Part shown: positions 1-13,700 of the stretch, in pieces
Layout: every line of letters starts with the position of its first letter
How positions within the stretch are numbered: the stretch's first letter is position 1
DNA from: Azolla caroliniana
Lineage: Eukaryota; Plantae; Polypodiophyta
Reading direction: 5' to 3'
Assembly (NCBI GenBank): GCA_043228905.1
Contig: JBHGNT010000006.1
Span: 14,260,001 to 14,324,000 of the forward strand
Length of the DNA stretch: 64,000 nucleotides
Notes under the pieces: model-generated
What the model was told of the DNA's origin: nothing
The model's database searches: none
The model's input: only the letters and a program-made list of their open reading frames with translations
Program-made: the position numbers and the translations under genes

Positions 1-987
1 TGCTTCCCTGGGTACGGGTTCCAGTGCTGTTTCCGCCTCGGCTACTGGAGATGGTCCTTGCGCTCTCTGCTGAGTTCTGTCCACTGGTGGAGCCGGTCCT
101 TTCGCCCGTTTCTCCCGACCTTGTCTTGCTGGGAGTCTTACCAGTGGTTCGGATGAGTCTTCTGTTTCAGTTTCCTCCTCCGGTGCGGTTACCAGACGGA
201 CCTTTTGTATAGAGACCTTTGGTTCCGGTTCCGGCTGTCGCAGCGTTATATGGATTGGTTTGCGCGCTATTGGTTCCTCCTCGGCCGCTTTCCCTTTGCC
301 TTTACCTGCCGGTTTTGCCTTTGTTGCCGGTTCCTGTTGCTGTCGGGATGGTCCTTCTTCCTGCTGTTCTGCTTCTTGCTGGGTCCATCCGGGGGTGTGT
401 TTCTCCAAGATCTGTCGGCGCTTTGTGACCTTTTTCGGCGTCGTCTCCTGCCGACCTCTTTTCTTTTGTGTGATGGGGAGCACCGGTGGAACTAACACCG
501 TTAGCCATTGTGCTATCCCGGCCCATGGCCTTTTTCCTTCCACAAGATTTCTGATGGCCTCCTTCAATCCTTCGGTTATGAAATGGAGCCAGTCTATTTG
601 TAAGCCCTCGTACGCTGCTATTAAGAACGCTGCCTGGTACTTGGCTATGGCTGGGGGACGGGGATTCACGAATCCGTATTCCATCATAGCGCGGGCCACT
701 TCTCCGAACAGCAGGTTCTCTCCGCCCTGCGTTCGGTACGCCTTGCTGCTGATAGAGTATTCCCCGAAATATTCGAACAGGATTTCACTGGAAGGGTTTT
801 CGATTGTTTGAAGTCCTCTTGCTTTGATCCCCGTGAGCGCCTGCACCGCTCCTTCCGTGACTTCTGATATATCGATCGATGCTGCCGCCTGCTCTGGTTC
901 TGCGTGTGGTGGAGCGTCGGCGATCCGCAGCAATCCTTTTAACCCGTTCTCCCTCATCCATTGGCGTGCCTCTTCCGACAGTACCAT
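1..987 (-). CDS. Extra ORF 3' of pol (>=329 aa, runs off the window), unknown function
   Basis: Manual translation from ATG 987 has no stop to base 1: MVLSEEARQWMRENGLKGLLRIAD...AAFLIAAYEGLQIDWLHFITEGLKEAIRNL...KKRGRQETTPKK. Absent from the ORF track because no stop lies in the window. Confidence 0.75.
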   Translation of the reverse strand, partial: MVLSEEARQWMRENGLKGLLRIADAPPHAEPEQAAASIDISEVTEGAVQALTGIKARGLQTIENPSSEILFEYFGEYSISSKAYRTQGGENLLFGEVARAMMEYGFVNPRPPAIAKYQAAFLIAAYEGLQIDWLHFITEGLKEAIRNLVEGKRPWAGIAQWLTVLVPPVLPITQKKRGRQETTPKKVTKRRQILEKHTPGWTQQEAEQQEEGPSRQQQEPATKAKPAGKGKGKAAEEEPIARKPIHITLRQPEPEPKVSIQKVRLVTAPEEETETEDSSEPLVRLPARQGREKRAKGPAPPVDRTQQRAQGPSPVAEAETALEPVPREA

Positions 988-1123
988 TGTTTCGAATTCT
1001 TCTTCTGCTGCCTGTTGTTCGGGATCGCGCTGTGTGTGCTCTGTGTGTCGGGTCGCTCTTCTGTGCTTCTGCGCCTGTATGTAGGAAAATTCGTAAAAAG
1101 TGAGCCCTTCGCAGGCCTGTGTC

Positions 1124-1130
1124 TTATATA
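1124..1130 (-). promoter_or_regulatory. Putative TATA box upstream of the extra ORF
   Basis: TATATAA on the minus strand about 140 nt upstream of ATG 987, downstream of an A-rich tract at 1364-1440. Confidence 0.4.
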
Positions 1131-1452
1131 GTGGGTTGTGCCTCGAGCCGCCCTTTTTCGTTTCCCGCGCATGTTCCTCTCCCGCCATAATTAGTATGTC
1201 CTTTCTTGTTTGCCGCGTGTGAGTGCCCACGTTCCATGCTTTAAATAGCAAGTCCGCGCACGTCCTTCTTTAATGCATGGCGCCCCTTCGTTGCATGGTG
1301 GCGCTCCCACCTCTTGTGATCTCCCCATCATTACGATGATTCGCGTCGATTTTGCCCACGTCATTTTTTATTTTATTTTATTTTTATTTTTTATTTTTTA
1401 TTTTTTTATTTTTTTATTTTTTTATTTTATTTTTCCTTTTGCTTGGACCACG

Positions 1453-4400
1453 TCATTTGCTGGTCCCCCCCGATTTGTTCGGGTCGGTTCGTGTGGATAC
1501 CGGATCCTTCTGTCGGTTTTCCGGGATAGTCTTCGTCAGTATCGGTGTCGGTTCTTCCTCGGTCCTAGTATCTTCAGCAGCGTCTGTCGGTGTCGGTTCT
1601 TCCTCGGTCCGGATTTTCGGGTTTCGCTTGAACGGGTTGGCTGGCATATTTCCCTTATACGGCTTTAGCCGAAATCCATTTGCCCACTTGCCGATGACAT
1701 CTCCAGACAACGTGTCGAGCTGATACGATCCAATGTACTCCTTGGTGATCCAGAACGGTCCGGTCCATCGAAACCGCAACTTTCCCGGCATGTTCCCCAT
1801 CCGTGTCTGGAATAGTAGCACCGGTTTCCCGACTTCGAACTCCTTTTCATTGCCACGCCGGTGTCGGTCCACGAAGGCTTTTCTCCTCCTTTGCTCCAGT
1901 TGGAGTTGTAGTAAGCTGGCTATTCAGTTTTCCTCTAATTCCAACAGCGTTGCCAGCCGGATTCGTTCGGACTCGTTCTCACTTAAGCGCTCCTTCACCT
2001 GAATCCGTAAGCTGGGGATCTGGAACTCTACTGGCATGACCGCTTCTAACCCGAATGCTAGTCGGAACGGGGTTGTCCGGATGCTGGTTTTGTACGTTGT
2101 TCGGTACGCCCATAGCGCGCTTTGCAATTTCGTATCCCAGTCGGTCCGGTTCTCGTTGACGATTTTTCGTAGGATGTTCTGTAGAGTTTTGTTCGTTGAT
2201 TCCGCTAGTCCATTGGCTTGAGGGTAGTAGGGTGTACTCTTTTTATGTACCACCGCGTAAAATGACGTCAGGCTTTCTACTACCTGCCCGAGAAAATGTC
2301 CTCCTTGGTCACTTATAAGCTCGATCGGGCATCCATACCGGCACCATATGCATTCGTACAGAAACTTTGCCGTGGACGCGGCCGTGTTGTCCCGTAAGGC
2401 CTTTGCTTCTACCCATTTGGTGCAATAGTCGGTCGCCACTATGACATACCGATTTCCGGTTCTCATTGCCGGTGGTTTGAAGGGACCGACAAAGTCCAAC
2501 CCCCACTTTTGAAACGGTTCTAAGGGCAAGACCGGGTGGTGTGGCATCCGGGCCTGCTCTGTGGGTTGGCCCAGTCGTTGACACAAATCGCATTCTCTGC
2601 TATACTTCACGGCATCTTTTAGGGTGGTCGGCCACCACAGTCCGCTCTGCCATATTTTCCGAGCGGTTGCGTCGCCGGCATAATGCCCGCCGGCAATTCC
2701 ACAGTGGGCTTCCCTGAGGATTAGATCCTTCTCATCGCTCCGCACTGCACGTCTCCAGATGCCATCTGCCCCCTTGTGATAGAGGGTGTCTCCAACCAAA
2801 CAAAAATGTCTACTTCTTACTGCTACCCTTTTCCTTTCATCGCGGTCCATGTTCTCCGGGGGAACTCCGGTGCTCAGGAACTGATGCATCTCAGTTAGCC
2901 ATGTGTCTTCGTCGGCTACCGTTGTATCCGTTGCCGGTTTCGTCGTGATCCGGAACAATTCGGCGTCGGGAAACTCATCCTGGACGCCGTCCCCTGCTTC
3001 TCCGGATTCGAGTCTGCTTAGATAGTCCGCTACCGCATGCTACGCCCCGGGTCGGTGGAAAATTTCGAATTCAAATTCCTGTAGTAGCAGTGTCCACCGT
3101 GCAATTTTTCCTGTTAGGGATGCCTTCGAGAGCAGGTAGAGTAGTGCCGAATGGTCGACATGGAAGGAAAACTTCCTTCCGAGCAGATAGTGCCTGTACT
3201 TTGTGACACTATACACCATTCCCAATGCCTCGCGTTCCGTTGTAGAGTAATTCCGTTCGGCTTTTGAGAGTTTCCGGCTTGCGTAGTACACCGGTCGGTA
3301 CCATTTCGGCTCTGTGAGTTGCATCAGAACGCTGCCGATTGCCACGTCCGAAGCGTCGACGAAGACGTGAAAGCTTTTACTCCAATCCGGCGGTTGCACC
3401 ACCGGAGCTTGCGACAGCATAACCTTCAACGCTTTGTAGGATTCCTCCTCCGTCTCTGCCCATAGGAAGGGTACCCTATGTACGGCGGTATGTAACGGTG
3501 TAGCGAAGTCCGCGAGGTGCCGTATTATCCGGCTATGCCACCTTATTTGGCCCAGGAACCGGCTTAAAGCCTTTGCGTTACTTGGTGCTGGTGCATCGAG
3601 AATCGCCTTGACTTTATCCGGATCTACCGCGATTCCTTCCTTACTCACCACGTGCCCTAACAAGTTTCCGCTTGCCACTCCAAAGACGCACTTGGCCGGG
3701 TTCAGGCTCAATCGGTACTCGCGGCACTTCTCCAAGCACAGCCGGAGGTGATCGAGATGATCTCCGTGCCGGCTGTAGACCGCGAAATCGTCAAGGAATA
3801 CCTACATAAAACCGGGGATATATTCCCCGAAAATTTCCATTATTATCCTTTGAAAGGTCGCTGGAGCCGTCTTTAGTCCGAACATCATCACGACCGCGAC
3901 GAACACTCCCCATTCCGTCACGAACGCTGTCTTCTCTTGGTCGGCCGGGTTCATTCGTATTTGGTTGTAGCCGCTAAATCCATCCAGGAAGCTGTAAACT
4001 TCGTGGCCGGCTACCGCATCTAACACCCCGTCCGTAAATGGTAGTGGAAACGCATCGGTCACTGTTGCGGCATTTAGTTTTCGGTAGTCCACGCATACCC
4101 GGATTTTGCCGTTCTTTTTCGGGACCACCACTATCGGACTCACCCAGGTTGCCTGCTTGACTGGTCGGATAAATCCGACCCGGAGGAGCTTATCAATTTC
4201 CTCCTTCACCTTTGCCGCATAATTCGGATTCATCCGGTACCTGCGTTGAGCAATCGGTTTCGCGTCCGTACTTAGGTGAATTTGGTGCTGATAGAGCTAG
4301 GGGTCCAGCCCTCGCATGTCTTCGTACGACCACGCGAACACATCCTTGAAGTCTGTTAATAATGCTACCATTGCCTTCTTTTCTTCCTTCGGCAATTCCT

Positions 4401-7224
4401 TTGCAACATTTACCGGTCGGGGCTTATCTGCTGTGCCGAGGTCCACCTCCTCGAGTTGGGATGCTTTTACCCTCTGGGATATCGTCATTTCCCTCTCTAG
4501 GGATTCCTGCGCTTGTCGCAGTTCCCGGATCGCCGCTTGGTCCGGTTCTTCCGGCGTCGTAATGTACGGTTCTACTGCCGCCGTGATATCCACCTCAAAT
4601 AGTGGGACGATTCGTGGGTGTTCCTCGAGGTACCGCTCGACTTCCTCGTCCGGTAATCCCTCCAACATGTTAATGCTTTCCGCATACAATGGAGTTGCTT
4701 CCTTACTGGTGATCACCCGTGGTTGCGTCGTTACTCGTACCTTTGTTTTTCCTCGCCGGAATGTGATCATGTTCTTTTGCCAGTTCTGCTTGATATGCGC
4801 CGTTCGCAGCCATGGTCGTCCTAGCAGTAGGGGGTATGCGCCTTGTACATTCAGCTGCAGCACCACGGCCGATATCCGGAATACGTGGCCTCCGATCGTT
4901 ATTTCCAAATCCCGGATAAGCCCGGTCGGTCGGACTGAGCTAGTATCCGCCATGCGTAACCAGAAGGGGCATGGTTCCCATTCCCGGATGCCCAGGTCGT
5001 TGCATGTCTGTTGGCTGATGACATTTACCCCGGAGCCTCCGTCAATAATCGTTCCAGCAATTTCCTTTCCTTTCACGATTGCCGTGATCGCCGGGCTACT
5101 TGTATCGACCACCGCTGGTCCTTCCTCCGGGTTGGAGAAGAATGCCGGTGCTGGCGTCGGCTTCGGTTTGCTGACGGATGCCTGTAGGTCTGCCGTAAAT
5201 CGTGGCACTAACTGTAGTAGTCGTGCTAACGGCAACACGATTTGACAGTCCTGTAGCGCTTGCCACATCAGGTTTTCTCCTGGCTGTATGATTTCTTCGT
5301 CTTTTGGCATATTTTGGTCTCTTACTTCTGCCGCATTCTGTTCATTGGCCTCCTTGATCCATTGTGTCGCTTGTTTTCTGATTGCCTCCTGGGCTTCCCA
5401 CTCGGCGGTCTTTCCCTTTGACCGGGTTGTGACCTGCTGTACCTCTGTTATTTCGGCTGTAACCATGTTGACTTCCGGCTGCTTGTCATAGCTTTTGCTT
5501 GGGCATTGGTTACTATAGTGGCCTTCCTTGCGGCAGTAATAACAGTACACCTTGTGACTGTTGCTCGTTTCTGCTTTGTCCCCGGTTTGGAGGGTGGGTA
5601 TGCTCCGGCGGTCGTCTTCGGTTTTTCGGTTATCCGGTACCGATACCGGGTTGTCATTCCTTGCTGCCTCCCGACGTTCCTCTCTTCGGAAAAATCCACG
5701 CTTCTGATTCCGTCGGAAATTTCGGTTCCCTTGTCGCCTCTCTTCTCTGCGTCCGTCGTATTCCGGGGCTTCGTCTCGGTCGTACCGGTCCCGGGGGTAG
5801 CTATCTTTGCGTCTCTCCTCTCGGTCATAGTTGTCGCGTCTTCTATCAGCGTATCTGTTACCGCGTTCGCGTTGGTAGCGGTCGTCTCTCCGGAATCGAT
5901 CCTTGTCCGGGTTCTGATTGCGCGTTTCTATGTGTCGAACCGGTGCTGCCTGCCGATTTAACAGGTTATATTCGCATCGGTCCGTTGTATGGGCTCGAGA
6001 GTTGCAGATCACACATTGTGTCCGCAGGGTGCAGTCTACTGTTGAGTGCCCCGAATTTAGGCATGTTGTACATTGTAAGCCCTGTCGGAACCTTAGGTCT
6101 TCCTCCTTTGGGAGTGCCCGGTGTAACATCCCCATCGACAAGAAGGGGCTAGTCTTGTCCATTTCTAAAACCTGATCAATAACTTGGTCCATTGTGCTGG
6201 TTTGGAAATCAAGGACTCCGCACATTGTTCGAAGTGGCTCTTTTAGTGCGGCCAGAAAGACTGCTTTGGCTTCGTCTTCGGGTGGTGCTCTTGTCAGTTG
6301 GCTGTGCAGGGTCTGGAACCGAATGATGAATTGTGGCATAGTCTCGTTCTCTTCCTGCCGGGTGGTGTAGAACTGCCCGACCAATTCCCTTTGCTCAAAT
6401 TGTCTGTGAAAAAACCTGAGGAATTTGGCCTTCAAGGCATCGAATGTGGCAAAGGTGCCTGGTAAGTGCTTTGCGTGCCATTGGGCCGCCGGTCCTTCTA
6501 AGGTTATGCCGAATTCGGCGATTTTGGATCGTTCGGCTTCGGGCTCCGTCAGTCTTTGGGAGATATGGTTGGCTTCCCATGTTTGGAGGAATGCGTACAC
6601 GTGTGCCTCCGCGTCGGCCTCATCCCGGTACTTCGGGTATGGGTACGACATCGTGTCGTCCAACTGACTCTCCTGTTTCCTCCGCTCTCTGTCCGCTGTT
6701 GGCGTTGGTGTGAGAACCTTTGGTTCCTCCGCAGGTGTTGCCGGTGTCCGGTCCGTTGGTTCCTCCGCGGGTGTTGTCGGTATCCGCTCAGCCTTCCTCG
6801 GCGGTTGCCGGTCACCGAATTCCAGGGTCATTTCTTCCTCTGGCGCCGGTGTTACTGAGTCTTCCGACCCCTCGTCCTCCCGGTCGTTTGGTGTGTCGTG
6901 GCTGCTTTTATACCGGGAAGCAACGCTTCCGTCGCTTTCCGACTCCGCCTCAAGTGTTGCGAATGCTTCCGAGTCCCCGTCGCCCGCGGCGAGCGTCTGC
7001 AGTATCGTTTCCGCCTCTTGCAGGCTTGTTATGCTACTGCCTTCGTCGGGGATTTGCAGAACCCGGAACTGCAGTGCTTCTTCTGCGACTCTCCGAAGAG
7101 TTTTGGAGAATGACCGATCCCGCCGGATCTCGTCGACGGCTTGCTGCAGGGCTTCCCGTCGTTGCTCGCGTTCGGTGTATCGTCTCCCTCGTTCGGTGAT
7201 GTGGTCGTCGTTTGGTCTAGACAT
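1453..7224 (-). pseudogene. Gag-Pol polyprotein in a single frame with four in-frame stops
   Basis: ORFs ending 4297, 3802, 3040, 1924 and 1453 share one frame; three CCHC knuckles, protease IIDGGSG, RT FM*VFLDD, RNase H VDASD, integrase KWGLDFVGP and RWTGPF. Confidence 0.92.
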
Positions 7225-7276
7225 CCATCCCCCGGTTGTCCTCTGCACTTTGCAGGAATCGTGGTCGCCAAAATAG

Positions 7277-7666
7277 TGTTGTCTGTCTGGCCGGACTAGC
7301 CTCAACACAGGTGTCTATCCGACACTTCTCCAAAGGGGTGGTAAGGATTGGATGCTAGGTTACACACATAAGATGATTACCATTAAGCCCAGACGGTAAA
7401 CAATACAAGATACAGATAAATACGCAATAATTACTATTGTATTACTTCCGTCAAAACACTTTACAAATCATCGGATCCTTTTATAGGCATCCGGCAAGGT
7501 TACAATCGGTGCGCTTAGGCAACTGACATCCGAATCGGTTCGGATCCGGATCGGTACAACTGTACCGGATCCGTCCCTCCGAATAATAATTCTACTATTA
7601 TTTACTTCCTATTATCCGATCCGATTCCGCCTTCCCACTTGTCCTTGCTCTTCTGACCGGCCAACA
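7277..7666 (-). repeat. 5' LTR (390 bp) of the Athila-like gypsy
   Basis: TGTTG/CAACA termini; matches 59302-59691 in opposite orientation; followed by PBS at 7261-7270. Confidence 0.9.
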
Positions 7667-10337
7667 TCTTCTTCTTCCCCTTCTCTTTGCGCATGAACCA
7701 TCTCCTCGGTTCCTTGCGCGGGGACAACACGACAAAGTCTCCACTACTCCCCGGTTCCTCATCCGATTGGTCACTTTGACCCAGTTGCTCGTTCAGTTCA
7801 CTCAACCGAAACGATTCCAGACTCTCTTCTAGAGTCTCAAGCTCGTCATCTTCTATTTGAACCTCCTCGGGCTCACTAGCCTCATCTTCCGGAATCAGGT
7901 CTTCGTTGGGAGTTGGAGTCGGTAAGGAGTAGCATGATGACATCTCATCAAATTCAACATCTCGGCTTACTTGGACCTACTTAGTTCGGGGGTTATAGCA
8001 CTTATACCCCTTTTGCTCATGCAAGTAACTGACTAGGATGCACTTCTCTGACATCGTATCCAACTTCCTCCGTTTCTCATACGGTACATGCACATATGCT
8101 ATGCTACCGAATATCCGAAGGTGCCTCAAATTTAGCTTCCGCCGAAAATACAGCTCATGTGCTGACACCTTGTCTTTGATCGGGGCTGTCTGGACCGCCT
8201 TAGCCCAGTAGAATTGGGGCATGCTCTTCTCCTCCAGCATTGCCCTTTCCGCGTCGACAATCGACCGGTTCTTTCTCTTGGCCACACCGTTTTGCTCTGG
8301 TGTGTATCTGTAGATGAATTCTCTCCGAATTCCGTTTTGTTGCAGATAACTGTTGAATTGGCTGGAAAAGTTTTTATTTTTGCCATCCGACCGTAGGCAC
8401 TTGATCTTCCTCTCCGTTTCCCCTTCAACTAAGTTTTGAAGGTTTCGGAAACATTCAAAGACTTCGCTGTTCCTCTCAATGAGGTAGATCCATGTGTGCC
8501 GGTTGTAGTTGTCGATGAAGGAGACGAAATACCGACTACCAGCAAGACTAACTATCTGTGTCGGTCCCCATACATCCAAGTGGATTAAATCGAGCTTGTT
8601 ACGGCTCTGATTTTGTTCGATTGGGAATGGAACCCAATGTTGCTTCCCGAGTTGGAAAGCTTCACAAATTTCGGCAAACCAAAAACAACTTGTTTCGATT
8701 GCAGGTCCTGAAGCCTCCGGTAGTTGACGTGGCCGATCCGCTTGTGCCACAGGTCGATGTCTGACTCGACCTTCTGCCCTTTCGCAAACATAGCGGTGCC
8801 GACGTCATTAGTGTTGAGGATGAACATCCTCCCATCTCTATGCCCTTGCGCAATTATCCGGCCCTCTTCCTCGATGAAGCACCCGAGGTGCATAAACCGC
8901 ACCTGCATCCCCTGGTTGACAATTTGTCCGACCGACACCAGGTTCTTTGTGATGGTCGGAACATGTAATACATTCATCAACTTTTCTTTTTGTCTGACAT
9001 GGCTTAGAAGGACTTCTCCGACATGCACAATCAGGTGAGGGGTGTCGTCTCCGGTTTCGACAATCCCCGGTTGTTCTAGTTTCTCCAAAAAAGAGAACCA
9101 CTCTTCATGGCCCATCATGTGGTTGGATGCTCCGGAATCAATGTACCATACTTCATCTGATGTGGAAGTAGTCTTCTTCATCAAGTTAGCCTTGTGCTTC
9201 ATCACGAAGGATGGCCCTTTCTGGTCTTCCCGGTTCCAGATCCTCCCGATCCTTCCGCGTAGTGCGAGCTTTGTCGGTTTTCCCGACCGGTTTTGCCGAA
9301 TCCGGATTTGTCCTAATTGGCGTGTGTCTTCCAGCACTCGCTTTCCCTGTGGCCCTTTTTGCCACAGTACCAACATTCTGTGTCGGCCTTTCCTTGCCAG
9401 TTCTCGGCACTGCTTTGACTCCATCTGCTTGTGGAGGGTCTGGAACTACTGTCGACACTACCTCTATGCCTTCGGTCCTGCTCTTGCCGGCTGCCTCCAT
9501 TGCGTGCCGACCCATCTTGTCGACCACGTCCATGGGGTCGATCTGTCTTTGTGTACAACATCCGGCCATTCGATTGAGTGGTCCTGGACCCACTCGTGTG
9601 GTTTTCTTCGACCATCAACATCGATTGCAAGTCGAAGAAAGACAACGGTTTCTCTCGGGTGCAGATCGCTGTCCGGATTGGCCCGTACCTTTGCGCTAGA
9701 CCATCGAGGTAGATTTTTACCATCTTGTCTTTGTCCACTGTCACGTTGATGGACCCGAGTGTGTCACAAATCTCCTTTATCTTGGTTCTGTAATCCGTAA
9801 CCGACATATCTCTTACGGGTTATGGTACTCGTGGTGAAAATCTTCTTCAGATTTCCCTAGGCCTCCTTCGGCGTTTTTGCATCCTTTATGTATCCGAGCA
9901 TCTGGTCGTGCACACATGACGCGAATCGGTACAAAACTCGGCTTGCTCCTTGCTCCCATACCGGGAAGTCCTCGTGTGCCGACTCTGTCGCTACCTCGTT
10001 CGTTCCTTCCACGAAGCTCCAATGTCCATGCCCCAACAGGTACTGGTACATCTTGTATGACCAGGACGCGTAGTTGCCTTGGTCGAGCTTCTCTGTTGGA
10101 AGTGAACTTGCCATTCCTCTGTCCATATCTTCTCTCTGTCTGTTGTTACCGGGTTCTAGGGTTTGTCTACGAAAGCAAATGTCGGTTGTAGAGGTTCTCA
10201 ACCCTCGCGCTCTGATACCATGTCAAAGAAAACATGTGGACGTGTTAGACAGAACCGGCTCAGCCGGATAGCAACAGAGAATAAGAGGTTTAATGGACAT
10301 GCTTAATACACAGAGGGTATACGCGGGAGAGACATAC

Positions 10338-10375
<38 letters not shown>

Positions 10376-10780
10376 ACATAAACTTAATTAAAAAATAACT
10401 TTAAAACTCTCTGTACATACAATGTGCTAAACATCACTATTTATACAAGTCCTCAAAAGGACTGATAGAAGTACGGACATGTACTTTAATGCTCATACAA
10501 GAGATTGACACTAACTACGAGACAATGATTACCTAGTAGTCTAGGCTACTACTAGGTTTCTGGTTCCTATTCGAATTCGTCTCCCCGATCCGGCCGGTTG
10601 TATCCGGATACCATCCGGATACCGATCCGGCTCCCCGATCTGGCTCTGGCTTATTCAGCCGATCTGGATCTAGTTGACCTTGCTCGCTCAACAACTTGCT
10701 ACTCACAAGACTGGAATATTACTTGCAAGTGCACTTGTTTTTGCATTTTCTCGATCATATCAATACATGTTGAGTTGACA
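7667..10780 (-). mobile_element. Decayed Ty1/copia element (family B): 5' LTR, gag, protease, integrase; interrupted by the gypsy at 7666
   Basis: LTR 10221-10780 (TGTCAA...TTGACA); iMet PBS TGGTATCAGAGC at 10209-10220; fragments KLDQGNYASWSYKM, CWYCGKKGH, WYIDSGASNHM, LWHKRIGH, IHLDVWGP, TPEQNGVA; many frameshifts. Confidence 0.9.
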
Positions 10781-13700
10781 TTTTAATATAAGGCTAATTG
10801 GAAATTACATTGATTTTAGAACCATGGTTGAGCCTCGGGGAGCCGCTGCGATTATTCAAGATAGAGATTCGAGAAATACATCTTAGCTATGTTTTCCTCC
10901 ATGGTTTTAAAACACCACAGTGTTACCATAGTTATCGGATCTCGAATCACATTACATATATCTAGAGGGGTAAAGACATGAGATGCTTTCTTGGATAAAG
11001 TTCTTCCAATCAAAATTTCAAGCATTCATTGTGCTTGTGTATTTTCTGAACCTCCTTATTTATATTGTGTACACACAACTTGCATCATGGACCAAGTTTT
11101 GAACACTGTTGGAGCAATCTCTCCGATTGAGACCTCTCAACTCCAATCCACATATCCCACACAAGCTGAGATTAGTATTGAGAAATTGCTCACAACTACC
11201 TTGAATCAATTGGACGAAATGAGGCAAGGCAATATGGCTTTGGAAAAGAAATTCCAAGAATTGACTATTGAGTCCAAGAAAGAAGGTGAACCTTCTTTCA
11301 TAGTCACGACATTCAAGGGAGATAAGAAAGAAAGAACCGAGGAGGCCATTAGCACTTGACTTGGTCGTTAGGAGTCTCACTTTGAGCTCTAACCCAAGCC
11401 TGATGGTGTAAAAATTGGTTATGTTGGTCGTGAGTTAGGTGGCCGAGCTGCTGCTTGGTGGCGCAACCGAAGGACTTCAAAGAACTTACCCACAACTTGG
11501 GAAGGTTTCGTTGATGTTTTTAAGAAACAACTCTTGCAGCCACCTTCTCAAACTGAACAAGCGCAACACTTGCTCACGTTGTCAAGTAAGCCATTTACCT
11601 CTCTTGAGGATTATGTGCATCATGCTCGGACCCAGATCCAAAAATCGGGACTTACGGGTGAGAAATTGTTTGTCGCTTGTTTTTTGAATTGTATTCCTAA
11701 TGGGGATTACCATTGGATTGTCCATGACAAGGACCCCACAACTTTCGAGGAATCCGTCAACATTGTACTTCGGTACCATAGGATTTCCAAGAAAGACCAC
11801 AATAAACCTGAGTTCGCTAAAACTCCAAATGTCAAGTTCAATGTTCCAAACTTCTTTCTCGTTCACTTGTGTCTTCTAAATCTTTAAGTGAGTATTCTAG
11901 TTCATTAATTTATTCGTGTGTAATTGATCTTGTGCTTCAATTTTATTATTTTAATATTGAGGCCACAAAATTACCACATTCTGAACAACAATTACTCGAC
12001 TCTATTTTAGACGATTTTCAAGACGTGCTTCCTAACGAATTGCCGCTTAGTTTACCACCAAATCGTGAACCATCAAATTGAACTCATCCCTGATGTTGCT
12101 CCTGTGAGCATTCCACCTTACCGACTTAGTCTATTAGAAGACGATGAAATCGTTAAACAACTTAAGGAATACTTAAGTATGGGCCACATTAGGTATAGTA
12201 AATCACCTTGGGGTGCGCCGGTTCTATTAGTTAAGAAGAAGGAAGGTTCATGGCGAATGCGTATCAATTATCGCCGTTTGAATAAAATGACAATTAAAAA
12301 TGCATATTGGTTACCTTGTGCCGATGATTTGATTGATCGTTTGCATGGGGCCCGATATTGTACGAAAATTGACTTACGAACAGGTTATCATCAGATTCGC
12401 ATTGCCAAGGATGATATTCCTAAACAGGGTTTCGTATGCGTTATGGCCATCATGAGTTTTTAGTCATGCCTTTCGGGTTGACTAATGCTCCAACCACATT
12501 CCAACAAGCAATGAATGATGTTTTCCGAGATCAACTCAGTGATTTTGTTGTTGTCTTCTTGGATGATATTTTTGATATATAACCATACCTTGCAAGATCA
12601 TGTTCAACATGCTCGATTTGTTTTGCAAAAGTTGCGTGAAAACTCTTTCTATGCAAAACATTCAAAATGTGATTTTTTCCAAAAATCTATTGTGTACCTT
12701 GGTCATTTAATTACGGAAAATGGCGTTGAAATTGAACCTTCCTGTACTGAAAAGGTTAATCTTTGGCGCATTCCTCATAATATTCGTGAACTTCGATTAT
12801 TCTTAGGGTTTGATGGAATTTTATGAAAATCAATTCGTAATTATTCTAAATTGACTACGCCATTAACTAACCTTTTAAAAGGTCATCCACGTAAGTCTAT
12901 CAAACCAATTTCATGGAATGAACAACTTGACAAATCATTTGAGACACTCAAAGAGCATGTGTGTGAGGCTCCAACTCTTCTTTTACTAGACCCTTCCATG
13001 CCTTTCTCAATCGAAACCGATGCTAGTGATTATGCTATTGATGCCGTTCTTTATCAAGACGGTCACCCTATTGCTTTTGAAAGTAAAAAGCTTGATGCTA
13101 TTCAATCTCGGTATTCGGTTCAAGAGAAAGAGTTGTTCGCGGTAATACATGCACTAAAAACATGGAACCATTATCTTTATGGAAATCAATTTGTGGTTAC
13201 AATGGACCATCAATCCAAGTATTTTTGTGACCAGCCAGATCTTGTTGGTTGTAAAGGCCGTTGGGTTGACCTTATGCAAGATTTGATTTTTCCATACGAT
13301 ATCGCAAGGGTTCTATGAACACCATTGCGGATGCTCTTAGTCACATTAAAGAAGTTAACATGCATAGCTTCACGGAAATAAAATCTGATATTTTTTATCA
13401 CCTTCCAAGGAAATACCTTGATGACAGTTATTTCTTGAAATACTGGACGAAAGCCGAATCTAGTTTAGATGCCGTTACTAGCACCCTACCCTTGAAGGAA
13501 ACCTTTCACATTACAAACGGTTTGCTCCACCGGTGGAAAGGTCCGTGTTCTAGATTTACCAAACATAAAACATAAAATTCTTCATGAATGTCATGATGCA
13601 CCATGTGTTGGTCATCTCAAGTACTTTTTTCTGGCCTAAGATGTGCTATAACGTGCATAAATACGTGATTCAATGCTTACAATGTTAGATTAATAAGTCA

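Larger units (their letters stand above)
1..7666 (-). mobile_element. Ty3/gypsy non-chromovirus (Athila-like) LTR retrotransposon, 3' end outside window; inserted into a copia element
   Basis: 5' LTR 7277-7666 (TGTTG...CAACA) with a near-identical copy at 59302-59691; PBS TGGCGACCAC; gag-PR-RT-RH-INT order; copia coding sequence resumes at 7667. Confidence 0.9.

Noticed and set aside
1273-1723. Phe-rich membrane-protein-like ORFs
   Set aside because: Translation of the T-rich tract on the non-coding strand
4297-4299. Programmed stop read-through between protease and RT
   Set aside because: No CARYYA context, and three comparable stops lie inside RT, RH and INT, so decay is the simpler explanation
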